A program made the translations under genes and the position numbers. A DNA stretch of 63,356 bases, counting the filler, from Aduncisulcus paluster (taxonomy: Eukaryota), in assembly GCA_024181965.1 (NCBI GenBank). It is 4 parts of 4 records of this genome, joined end to end, with 100 filler letters (N's around TTAATTAATTAA, not from the genome) between each part and the next. Parts side by side here need not be neighbours in the genome. Positions count along the whole stretch, not along the records: positions 28,149 to 48,765 come from BQXS01012644.1; positions 48,866 to 63,356 come from BQXS01012652.1; 2 more parts are not named here. One strand, given 5' to 3'. How positions within the stretch are numbered: the first letter of the stretch is position 1; each line of letters begins with the position of its first letter. This document shows, in pieces, positions 45,001-56,319 of the stretch. The notes below the pieces were generated by a model. The model saw only the letters and a list, made by a program, of their open reading frames with translations. It did not search any database and was not told the DNA's origin.

Positions 45001-46507
45001 TGACCCTACAACTCACACTGAAGGAGTTCGTGTGCACCTTCCTGTTGCTATCTTTGACCATGGAAGGAATGGCATGGGCATTGCCAGTGCTAAACCTGAG
45101 ACCCTATCACGCTCAAAGGAATCGATGCTTCTTGTTCCCAGCCTTGGAAAAGATATTGAAGAAGCTTCTGCTGATAATATTCATTTCCCATCCCATCTCC
45201 CCGCTGTAATGTTTGGTTCTGTCCACACTGTCAACAGTAACCACGGTGTCCTGGTCTCGCTTCTTCCGGGAGTCTTAGGAGGAGTGTCAATGGGCAAGGT
45301 TGGAGCTGGTATCCGATCTGTCGAGGAGTATATCCGCCGTGTGAGTGTGGCCAGACTCGGAGAGACTCTGTGCGTTTGTGTCAAGCGTGCTGTTTCAAGG
45401 GGAAAGCCAGGAGACTCATCCCCCTCGAAGAACAATAAGGTCGTTGTGTGCTCTTTACTCCCAAAGGAATGTGTTAATATCTTGCTATGGAATCATCAAC
45501 AACTCCAAGAACATGCAGACAAGCCTAATACACTTGGGAAACGTCGTAGTGCTCTTGAGAACTCTTCCTCAGCTACCGAAGCCACCCTGGCCTCTATTGC
45601 TGCCATCTCTGACCTTTTGAAGAGTCAACAAGCCTCCCTTTCCTCCTCTGGTCAAGAAGGAGAGCTTGTTTACACTCAGTTGACTGATATGATCTCTGAT
45701 CTGGAGTCCAGAAAGAATAGGGAGCTCAAAAGAGAAGAGAGGGAACAGAAGAAGAAAGAGAAGAAGGATAAGAAAAAGAATATAAAAGCAAGCAAAAAAC
45801 GTTCAATAACATTATCAACCATTTCAAGTCCCGAGGAGTGTTCTTTGGGTGATACATTCGTTGGTATCATTGTTGGTAATACGAAGGGAATTCATGTAAG
45901 AATAAGTAAGAATGTTGTCGTATGGGTAAGATATTCTCAAGTCGATGATGTGTTCCATAAGAGGGATGCTATTCAGACAGTTCTCTTTGTTGGACGTGTT
46001 GTTAAGATTCGTATCATTCAAGAAGCCAGGAAGGGTGGACATGTTGAGGGATCTTTGAAGCCCTCGCTTGTTCACTACCCTTTCTCCCTTATATCTCCTC
46101 CTCAGCTTGTGAATGGGAGTTGTGCTATGTGTAGAGTGAAGAACGTCACTCAGAAATACGTTTTCTTCTCTGTCCTTGGCTGTGTACCTGAGTTTGATGT
46201 CAGAGCACTCATTTCTGACGTGTATGACGAAGGGATGGAAGAAGAAGAGAAGAAACAGAAAATGTATGAGATTGGAAATGTTGTCAAATGTCTCGTTCTT
46301 GAGGCCAAGAAAGAGAAAGGCAAACGACGTGTTAACGTTGGATCGTCTCCATCTATTTTAAGTTCTGTTCCTGACGTTATTCCCTTGAATGCTTTTGCAA
46401 TTGAAGGCGAAGAGAAAGAAGAGGAAGAGAAGGAAGAGGAAGAGAAATGGGATATTGACTGGTCCAAGGGTGGAGAACAGATGGAAGAAGAGGAAGAGGA
46501 AGAAGAA

Positions 46508-46539
<32 letters not shown>

Positions 46540-48068
46540 GGAAGAAGAAGAGGAAGAAGAAGAGGAAGAAGAGATGGTATCTGAAGATCTTATTGGTGGA
46601 GTTCAATGGGACATTTCAGGTAAACCCAAGAAATCGAAGGAGGAGCAGGAGGAAGTGGAGGAGTCTGAAGAATCGTCTGAGGCTGAGGATAAAGAGAAAG
46701 AGGATGTGTCTGTTTCCAAACCAGCAACTTCCATCACTGCTCGTGTCTCGATGTTTGAACGTCGGCTTGCATCTGTCAATGAAAAAGTTGGGTGTTCTCG
46801 TGTTTGGATTGAATACTTTGCTATGTATGCCGAGGCTATGCAGTGGGATAGTGCTCGGGCTGTGTTGATGCGTGCTCTGAAGGCCATTTCACCCGAGAAT
46901 CTACGTGACGACAGACTTAACATCTTCAAGGNNNNNNNNNNNNNNNNNNNNGGAGCAGGAGGAAGTGGAGGAGTCTGAAGAATCGTCTGAGGCTGAGGAT
47001 AAAGAGAAAGAGGATGTGTCTGTTTCCAAACCAGCAACTTCCATCACTGCTCGTGTCTCGATGTTTGAACGTCGGCTTGCATCTGTCAATGAAAAAGTTG
47101 GGTGTTCTCGTGTTTGGATTGAATACTTTGCTATGTATGCCGAGGCTATGCAGTGGGATAGTGCTCGGGCTGTGTTGATGCGTGCTCTGAAGGCCATTTC
47201 ACCCGAGAATCTACGTGACGACAGACTTAACATCTTCAAGGCTCTTGTTAACATGGATCTTGCTCGTGGAGATAGTGGAATGCTCAAACAAGACGTTGAC
47301 GCAGGTTTGAAAGAGTTCTCTGCCGAAGATCTTCTCCTTCGCGTTGTCGACTCTCTCCTTCCGAAGGTTAAGAGTGTCACTTCAGCCGAAAGCAAGCAAT
47401 GTCATCAACTCCTCGACTTGTGCTTGCAAAAGAGTAGCCACGCCATTGCTGTGTGGCTCCGTGCTATCGAACTGGCTGTTCTTGAGGATGGTCCAAATGC
47501 AGGAAAACTCACAACGGCGGAGGCCTGTCTTTCGATCAAAACTCTTTCAGGGACAGGGCTTGGTGCTCCCGACAAGAAGGGAACTATCGCTTTCAAACTC
47601 ACCAAATCTCTTCAAGTTGCTTCCTCATCTCCCTCAGTTCTAGCTCACCTGGACGATTCCCTGCTCTCCACTGCGTGTCGTGACCTTGGAAAGGCTGGGA
47701 ACACCATTATCACTCGTCTTGTTCGTGCTTGCTACAAGGTATCTGATGGTAAAGAAGGGTATGATATCATGCTTGCTTATGTTCCTCTCCTTTCCTCCAA
47801 GAAGAGACTCAATGGTTGGCGTCTTGTTAAGGACATGGAGATCGCTAAGCTCAAGGAAGAATCAGACGCTGGGTCCATCAGTGTTGAGGTTCGTGATGCC
47901 CGTTGTGGTGTTATTCGATCTCTCTTTACAGAAGGACTCGGAGTGAGCAAAGGTGATGCAAGGATCAAGTGGGTCAAAGAGTGGATATTATTTGAAAAGG
48001 ATTATGGTACATCTCAGTCAAGGGAGGAAGCTCTCGCCAAGTATAAGGAGATCGTTCGTAAGGGGTAA
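42052..48068 (+). CDS. RRP5: rRNA biogenesis protein Rrp5 (S1 repeats plus HAT/TPR), broken by a 1-nt frameshift near 44836 and a gap duplication
   Basis: Multiple S1-like segments, acidic linkers and C-terminal HAT repeats (FERRL...SRVWIEY...ARAVLMRALKAI...RLNIF; WILFEKDYG). Confidence 0.85.
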
Positions 48069-48370
48069 ATTGTTTATTTTAAAAAATACTATTCAAGAAT
48101 CTCACAAAGTAATCCTTGTTGTTCTTTGTAAAGCTTGTTCAATCAGATAATTCATGTCGAAGTTGGATGATATTCTGAATTTTTGGACTTTTCAAGAGCT
48201 CTTTCGATTATTCTATTAAATAAAAATTCAATCACATTTAGTTTCTTTGTTGTGTCTTTTTTTGTCACAATTGAGAAAGTATCTGATTTGGATTTCTATT
48301 CCACTGAAGTAAATTTTAAGAGAACCAAAGCAAGGGTAATATTCAATCTAAGTTTGATCAATAATAAGAT

Positions 48371-48765
48371 TCATTTCCGATCTTTCATTTTCTTCTTACC
48401 CATATCAAGAAGGATATGAATGGCTTCATGTCCAACTCGACTTCCCATGGTCAATGTATTTGCACAATATGAACCAAGACCAAAAATACTCTTTCTTTCA
48501 CTCGAGAATGCTGATTCATCTTGCTTATGTTTTGTTTGTTTATGTGCTTTCGTATTGAAGACAACGGTGGTATTTTTATCAATGGATTTAAACATCTTTT
48601 GTGTCGCAATTTGAAATATTTTATCCCGAGTCTCTTTCTCTTCTTCTTTCTCCTCTCCGAAATCTGCCTGAACCTTGGCCTTCACTTCCCTTTTAACAGA
48701 GTTTTTAACTGTACTCTTGACGGCTTTTGCAAGCGGACAAGCTTGAGCCCTGAATAACGGAACAG
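48371..48765 (-). CDS. 3' fragment of a hypothetical protein (truncated at contig end; possibly decayed)
   Basis: Charged ORF running toward the linker; the same frame continues past two stops to about 48152. Confidence 0.35.
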
Positions 48766-48865
48766 NNNNNNNNNNNNNNNNNNNNNNNNNNNNNNNNNNN
48801 NNNNNNNNNTTAATTAATTAANNNNNNNNNNNNNNNNNNNNNNNNNNNNNNNNNNNNNNNNNNNN
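48766..48865. other. Artificial contig linker (N44-TTAATTAATTAA-N44)
   Basis: Spacer at 48810-48821. Confidence 0.95.
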
Positions 48866-49473
48866 TATCGAAGTAATTTCCCGGTTATTTTTACCATTTC
48901 AGGTTAAATATAAGAATATATCAACAAGTACGATAGTAGGATGTTGTCAAAACCGAGTCTGAGAAATATTTTTTCATGAGGAGCCGTATAAGAATATATT
49001 TAAAATTTCTGAATATTGGACAAAATTAACGTTGCCAAAAGGGAGCTAGCAGAATAAATAGTTTGGGGAGCCGGTGAATCGCCGGCTGCTACCGAGATCA
49101 CAAATCCTTCTCTTCACAGGCCTTTGTTAACCATCACAATTTCAATCTAGCAAGAAAAATTTATTATCATGAAATTATATTTCTCAAATCCAGGTTATTT
49201 TCCAATATTATCGAATTGTTGCATGATATCGGATAGAATCGTCTCACCTCTAGTTATTCGATTTTATATTCCTTTATCGGAGGATATTTGTATTTAAATT
49301 AGACTATCATTTATCAGACCTGAAGGTGACGTAGCTGTCTTCGCTGGCTATCGAAATACTGCTTAAATACTCAGTACTAGTGTATTAGTAATATAACTAT
49401 CCAAAAAGGAGTCCAATATCTTCATAATTTAGATAATTTATTTAAGACTTGTATTGATTATCCTAAATTCATT

Positions 49474-50362
49474 TTATTCCTCATCCTTATCATCATGCTC
49501 TTGAGATGCCTCCAGGAGTGCGCTTGTCTTCTTCTGTTCCTCGAGACATTCCTGTGAGTGATTCCCTGTAACCCCAGTCACTTGATAGATCCCATCGCCA
49601 TTGCTGTACTGAACGATTCCAAGGACTCTATACCTCCGATGACAACTCATGGCTCTCCCAGCTGGGCCTCGACACTCAAACACGCCACGAACTTTCTTTT
49701 CACGCTTCAATGGTTTCCTATCGAGCATGGATTCTTTAATGTTAAACACTCCTCGAGCACCGGGGAAGTTCAATTTCAAGCGCAGATGTAATTTCTTCTC
49801 CAACTCATCTCTCAACATTCTGCGATTGATGTATGCTTTTGATTCGTATTGGACTTCTTTTTTTCCACTCAAATCCGCATGAATCCCATCGAAAGGGATG
49901 CAGGTCGGAATCGGAGAAGCAGAAGAGGTCACCAGAGCCACGTGGAGAGAAGGATCAGGAACTTCAGGCTCAGTGGTACTGCCTACAACATGGGAATCAG
50001 GCGGTAATGAATATTTGACCGAATAACTCTGATCATGCCTCTCATCTTCTTTTCTTTTGGCTTCGAGAACCTCTGTCACACGTTGTTTGATCTCACGCTG
50101 CAAAGTTTCACAAGTTGCAGCAATACTGGCCGCAGATTTTGCTGTCTCGAGACAGGCGTTGCTTACCGAAGAAACATTTGATGCCAAGACAGAATATATA
50201 TCGATGGTGGGTGTTGGGAGGGTAGTTGGAGAAGAAACGGAGGAAGAACTTTTTTCAATTGTTTCACCAGCAATAGGATGGCTCGGTGGGTGCACTTGTG
50301 ATGTTCTTCTTTTGCCAATAATACTAATATCACTGTTTAGTGTAATCCAGAGAGAAGGCACT
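49474..50362 (-). CDS. Protein with C-terminal WRKY/GCM1/FAR1-like zinc-binding domain; 5' end unresolved
   Basis: FECRGPAGRAMSCHRRYRV...YQVTGVTGNHSQEC pattern. No early ATG; acceptor-like TTTTTAG at 50364-50363. Confidence 0.55.
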
Positions 50363-50652
50363 CTAAAAAGGGCAAAATAACAAAAGATGTGTTTGTTAAA
50401 GCAGTTCAAACATATCCAACAGCTTCTCAAACTATCATAGCAAAAGAACTAGGGGTTACACAAGGTGCTGTCAGTAAGATGAGACGCCGATTCGAATATG
50501 TGCAGAGAACGCCTTCTCGTGCTAGAAGGTCCCTTGATTGGCGCCATGCCCCGCATATGCTGTATAATTGCGGGACAAGATGAAGGTGGGTTCTTTCGGC
50601 ACATTTCAACCCCCTCAATCCACTTTTCGTCAACGAGTTCATCTCTATTTAA
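50341..50652 (+). mobile_element. Degenerate IS630/Tc1-mariner transposase fragment (HTH region)
   Basis: KITKDVFVKAVQTYPTASQTIIAKELGVTQGAVSKMRRRF is an HTH. After an in-frame TGA, NPLFVNE resembles the first DDE motif (ILFxDE). Confidence 0.55.
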
Positions 50653-50722
50653 GATAACAGTTTCACCATGTCCCTTTTTTGGGAATAATTTCATTTCGAT
50701 TTCCCAAAAAATCGTCCTTTTT

Positions 50723-51922
50723 TCAGGAATACCACGGAAGCCTATGGAGGTGATCGATCATGTCTTTTTCCTCTAGCTTTGTGAAAAAAATTGACTTAAA
50801 ACAGAATGTTTCAGAATAATGAGAAAACTTATGCCGAAGCTCTTTGCCTTCAATCTCACATAATACGACAAATCGCAAATAAATAGGAATGAAATGCCAC
50901 CCTTCTTTTCTATGGAAGGTTGAGGGAACTTGAAAATCATACTTTTTGAATGTCTTGGTACCATCAGAGTGTGTGAAAGTCAAACGAAGAGGCGATGCCT
51001 TCTCCAAATTAATATAAGCACCTTGAATATGACATCCACCGCTGCAAAATGGGATCGAAAGATAGGTTAAATTTACATAGGGATTATAACCACTCCTTGC
51101 ATGATACTCATATTCTTCTTCAATTGATCGCTCACCAACTACTGCTGATTGTACCCGACAACTCCGGTCCCAATACGGTTTCCTTTCTGTAGACTTCCTA
51201 TGATCTCTTGCTTCGACTCTTGATAGTAAGGGGGTAATTTCTCTCGACAGAATGTCGGGTGGAAGAAACTCTCGCCGAACTACGTTTGAAACAAACTCTG
51301 ACATCACAACAGGTAATTCAGACCATAATTTCTCTTTATATTCACGAGCAATGGTTTCATCAGGAGTTTCTTCTCGAATAAAAGCAAGATTAGTAAATCC
51401 AAAACTTTCTCTTTCAGCAGATCTCTTTCTCCCTTTTCCTGTAATCTCACATAAAATAACATCAGAGATATCAATGGGAAGGTAATACCAGCAAAATTCG
51501 CGTTTAAATTTTGGAAATTCATATTTTTTGGACGTTTTTTCACCATTTGAATGAGTAAAGGTGAAAATAAGGTGAGAAGGAGGGAAAAGATAAGAAATCA
51601 TTTTCCAACATTTGATATAGGCCCCTTTTATGGAAGAAGAAGAGGATAAACTGATGGATAAGTAAGTGAACGATCGCAGAACTCCCAGGTAAGGTTCTTC
51701 TCCACTTAACATTTCCCTTACTGCATCCAAACAATGATGATCAGAGTCTGTTTTCATTAAATTTAGTGGGATAATACTGGGAGAATCTCTTCGGAATGGC
51801 GGATCATCATAATGGCCAAAAGTTCCAATTGAGAAAGAAATTGTTTTGATTATCTCCGCCTCAAAAACCGGAATAACAGGATGATCTTCTGGATTTAGTG
51901 AGGTTGGTTCAATATGGCTCAT
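50723..51922 (-). CDS. Protein of two tandem homologous beta-rich domains (probably a lineage-expanded family)
   Basis: TYLSI...GAYI...FTHSxGxKTxKKYxF...W.F/Y.PI....V.LCEI.GK occurs twice. Confidence 0.8.
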   Translation of the reverse strand: MSHIEPTSLNPEDHPVIPVFEAEIIKTISFSIGTFGHYDDPPFRRDSPSIIPLNLMKTDSDHHCLDAVREMLSGEEPYLGVLRSFTYLSISLSSSSSIKGAYIKCWKMISYLFPPSHLIFTFTHSNGEKTSKKYEFPKFKREFCWYYLPIDISDVILCEITGKGRKRSAERESFGFTNLAFIREETPDETIAREYKEKLWSELPVVMSEFVSNVVRREFLPPDILSREITPLLSRVEARDHRKSTERKPYWDRSCRVQSAVVGERSIEEEYEYHARSGYNPYVNLTYLSIPFCSGGCHIQGAYINLEKASPLRLTFTHSDGTKTFKKYDFQVPSTFHRKEGWHFIPIYLRFVVLCEIEGKELRHKFSHYSETFCFKSIFFTKLEEKDMIDHLHRLPWYS

Positions 51923-52065
51923 AATAAGAGGTAGAATCGGCAATTGGGACAAAAAACGACAAATTTTAAAATCGGCTTCATTCAATGAAAAAATACATTC
52001 GATTTCACATAAATTTTGAATTTATTTTATTGCAGTGCATCTTGTATATTTTATTTATGGGGCGA

Positions 52066-52162
52066 GACTCATGAGGAGTCCGACGTCATGTTTGTTTAAG
52101 ACACCACGACTCTGAGGAGTCATCGTGGCACGCACAATGTGGTGACCACATCATACATGACG
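52066..52162. ncRNA. Candidate structured non-coding element (multi-hairpin, C/D-box-like motifs)
   Basis: GC-richer island with stems GACTC/GAGTC (x2), CGTCATGT/ACATGACG, CCACGA/TCGTGG and ATGTGGT/ACCACAT. Confidence 0.4.
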
Positions 52163-52249
52163 CAATGATTTTTAATAAATTTTTATCCTTTTTGATATTA
52201 TATTAATAGCATCATATTTGAGAAACATGGTTTTACTCGACGTATATTA

Positions 52250-53566
52250 TTAAATAATATGGACCTTTCTTCCAGACATTGCTGTCAGTACAATTTCAAT
52301 TTCATCGATAGAATCAGATAACTCTCTCTCCTTCTTCTTGAGTTTTTCTTTCATTTCACTTAACCGATCAACTTGCTCTCTTTCTTGCTTCCATTTAGCC
52401 AAATGTTCCTCCAATTCTCTCTTCTGTTCCTCACATACACTCTTTTCTTTCTCACATTCCTCTTTGAGATGAGAAAGTTCGGCTGAAGCTTTAAATAGAC
52501 ATGTGACCCATGACCCCTCCTTTTTCATTTCTGAACTAATGGTTCGGTGGAGTTGCTTGAAGTTATCTAGCTCAGCTGGGTGTTCAAGAATACCTTCAGG
52601 AGAAGTGATGGAGCAAAGGAGAGTCGAGAGAAAGGGGAGAGATGAAAGAACAGATTCCACAGCGGAACGATCTTCGGAGGAACAGGTGACAACAGAAAGA
52701 GAAGAAATACCATCGTGTAATTTCTCAAGTTCTAAAAATAGATCGTTATATTCTTTGATTGTAAGCACAGATGTGGAGGAAATTCGAGAAAAAACGGGGA
52801 AATGTTTTGACACAAAACTTTCGTCAAATTTCGAAATTACATCGGATTCTTTTGTCATGTCTTTCCTTTGGAACTCTTTGAATGATGCGATGGCTTCTCT
52901 ATCCTTTCGTTCACCCATTTGTTTCACAATTTCTGATAAGATATCAATATCCTCGGTTAATGAGGCTTCTCTGTACTCCATTTTGTACTTTAACCTTGAA
53001 AATTCATAAAATATTCCTTGAATTTTCTTTTCATTTGCCCAAAATGAAACAAATACTTGAGATAACAATGTCAAAAAAATACAAGGAGTCGTTTCAGTGC
53101 CAACAAGAACAGTTTCCAAAGAGGATATTTTTTCTTGCGCAAGATCTACTTCTTTACACTTGCTTTGATGCTTTTCAGATTCATTACTGATTTCAATGTC
53201 AAGTCTAGACAACTGTTTTTCGATTGTATCTTTTTTCTCAAGTAAATAGGGAATAGACCATTTCTTAATCACAAATACTTGCTTAGCTTTATCAAATAAC
53301 ATCTTGCTTCGTCTATCTGAACAATTAAGCGTCACAGTGGCAACTTCAGAATGCGCTGAGGGCATAAGCAATCTATTCTCGAGCCATTCAGCAATTTCAG
53401 TTGCTTTAATAGATATTGGGGTGTCTTCTTTATAAGGACGGCCAAGAGAAGGGCGAGACTACGAAAGAAATTGCATAAACATGACAAAATCTAAAATAAG
53501 TTCAAATGCTCAAGGACAAGTAAAAAAAAACACAGGATACAAACATACTTTACCAAAAATATTCAT
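52250..53566 (-). CDS. Coiled-coil protein with an 18-nt first coding exon (53566-53549), exon 2 53458-52250
   Basis: ATG AAT ATT TTT GGT AAA|GTATGT...CGTAG|TCT CGC is in frame with the 373-aa ORF. Confidence 0.75.
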
Positions 53567-53803
53567 CTATTAATAATAATAAGAATAATTGTCACTCAAA
53601 AGACACTAACCTGTAGTTCTTATTGTTGAACCTGATTCTTATTTTCCATAGAGACAATAAAAGCAAAATTGAATTATACTTTAGATATATATAATTTTTT
53701 AGAGATCGAATTTCTCCTAAAATGTTTATTTTAAAAGATATTGCACTGCAATAATTGCAGATAGTCTAATATCTCCATGAAAATTTTAATTTATTATTAA
53801 GAA

Positions 53804-56025
53804 TTAAAAAATTTCATCACTAAAGCCTGGGAAAGCCAAGGCAAAAACAAAAACAACTAATATACACACAGAGAAAATAGTGGGCAGGAATACATTGGAG
53901 GAATTGAGCCCTAATAGGAACATTCCCATGATTGGAATGACACAAAGAGTCAATGATAAGCTTCCTTCAACGGTTGCAAAAGCTACAGTGCTTTGAGTAT
54001 CTTCGTTCATTAAAATATAGACAGATGAAGCTATAATCGAAATGACATAGACGAACATTGAACTCTGTCCAAGTCCTTCAATGAGAGTCATATCAAAGCC
54101 AAGATCATACACAATATATTCTAATAATTTAAGAATTAAACACCCAGCTCCGATACTCATCAAACCATAACTATATGTCCCAAACTCAGCCGAGGCAATG
54201 AAGCCCTGATGGTATGAGAGGGCAAATCCCATAATAAGCATCAAAGTGCCCATGATCGTGAGGGCATGGTGGATAAAAGAGGAGATTGTGGAGGATATAG
54301 AGTCAACATTCACATGTGACATGGATCTGTGCAGCGATTTCGTAGATTTAGTACTTCCTACAACACTGCTACGTCTGCTAATGATCTTCTGAGAGTAACT
54401 CCTTTTGGGATCCTTCTCTTTCCTGCTCTCTTCTCCCAATTCTTCTTGCTTGTCTTTCTTTGAGGATGATGAAGAAGAAGAAGAAGAAGAGGATGAGTCG
54501 GAGTCTTCATCGTCGCTGGGACCAGATAGAGCAATTTGTTTGACACCCTTTTTGTATTCTCGGAGAAGACCAATGGCAACATTCCTCTTTCCACGCTGAA
54601 CCATGGACCCAACGATTCTCTTGACTATCTTGTCCTCGACAGTGTATTCCTCAAAGAAAACAGAGGAAGCTTTAACAGGATAGAACAGTCCTTGGATCCC
54701 ACACCCAACGATAGCAATAGCAGCATGAATACCCATTGATGTGGTGATACCTCCACAGGAACTTTCCAGGGCCATCACTCCAAGGTATCCACGGCTGTTA
54801 TCAAGGGCAATGTGGAACAATAGGCCATAAACAATGCCCACAACGGTTGTCAGGAAGGGACTAGTGATGAGGAGAGTGAGAGAAACGAGAATGGAGACAA
54901 ATCCAATTGTGGCAACAGGACCCCAAGAGGGGATAACGATCTGTTGGCCATCTGGAATGAGGAGAGAGAAAACACTGACCTCCTTGAAGAACTCTGTACT
55001 GCCTTGCATGAGGGGGACTAGAACCATGTCAACGAGAATGAGAAGGGCCGCACGAAGGTAGAATCTGAACAAAATAAATGCTTTTTGATTTGGTGTTTTG
55101 CCATGAAGACGGAATCTGAGGGCATAAGAAGTGGAAATTGCACTAACAAAGACCATAAGTCCCATACCAAGATCAAAGGGCGTAAACCCGGAATACCACG
55201 AAATTTCAATTTCACCTTCACTAAAAGATTTCAAAATTTCTGCGTAACCATTTGTAAACAGCAACGTAGCAAGAATATTACCACCAATAATAGTTCCCGT
55301 TGTTTCACCATCGAAAACAGTTTTCCTCCACTCTAATGGGGGAAAGAAGCACGAAATAATATAGTACAAAATCAAAATTCCTCTAAAAATATCCAAATGT
55401 TTAAGTCTCCAACGCTGAGGTTGGAAAGGCTTTGGAAATGTCTTTTCAAGAAATCCACGGGNNNNNNNNNNNNNNNNNNNNCGTAACCATTTGTAAACAG
55501 CAACGTAGCAAGAATATTACCACCAATAATAGTTCCCGTTGTTTCACCATCGAAAACAGTTTTCCTCCACTCTAATGGGGGAAAGAAGCACGAAATAATA
55601 TAGTACAAAATCAAAATTCCTCTAAAAATATCCAAATGTTTAAGTCTCCAACGCTGAGGTTGGAAAGGCTTTGGAAATGTCTTTTCAAGAAATCCACGGG
55701 GTTTAGATATTCCTGATTTACGCATTAATTCGTCTGTAATATCAGTATGATCAATTTCCTGCTTGGTTGGCATAGTATCATGGGAAATCGATATCTCTCT
55801 AGGAAGAGGAGTTTGTTGGACATTTTGACGCTCTATAATAGGTTGCTCTGGTTCTTGGGTAACAATTGATTGGGTAGAAGGTAATATAACTGTGGATGGA
55901 GGAGGTTGAATTGCTGAAAATCCTTGTTGAGAGGCATTGGGAAGAAATGCTGGTTGAGGGGAATAATATGACTCAGCAGGATTTACATGTTGTTGAACAA
56001 CCCCTTCTTGGGTTGGAAATGACAT
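53804..56025 (-). CDS. Heparan-alpha-glucosaminide N-acetyltransferase (HGSNAT/DUF5009)-like membrane protein
   Basis: RLKHLDIFRG and GFTPFDL...F motifs with multiple TM helices; one frame after collapsing the 55243-55461 duplication. Confidence 0.7.
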
Positions 56026-56319
56026 ATTAGGTTACCAAAACAGGGTTTTTTTGTAGATTTCTTAATTTTCAGGAAATTAAAGAAGATCATTCGTGTTCTG
56101 TTCTTAAAATCGTAATATAATACAATGTCTATTATAATAATATGGTAAATTATAAGATTATTTGTCATAACGAAGAGATAATCAAAAACTAGTTTTTCTA
56201 GTGTTCAAATAAATTATATGACGATGGATTGTTGCTTGTTAGCAATAATTAATTGAAATTATATTTTCACCTCTCAACGAAAGGCCAGCATATTTGACCC
56301 CGTTTTTTTCTCTCGACAC

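Noticed and set aside
49318..49382. Hammerhead-like CTGAAGG...GAAA with a TACTG/CAGTA stem
   Set aside because: The core is not CUGANGA, there is no UH cleavage site after stem III, and I see no stem I.
52112..52150. CTGAGGA as a hammerhead core
   Set aside because: No GAAA follows the candidate stem II.
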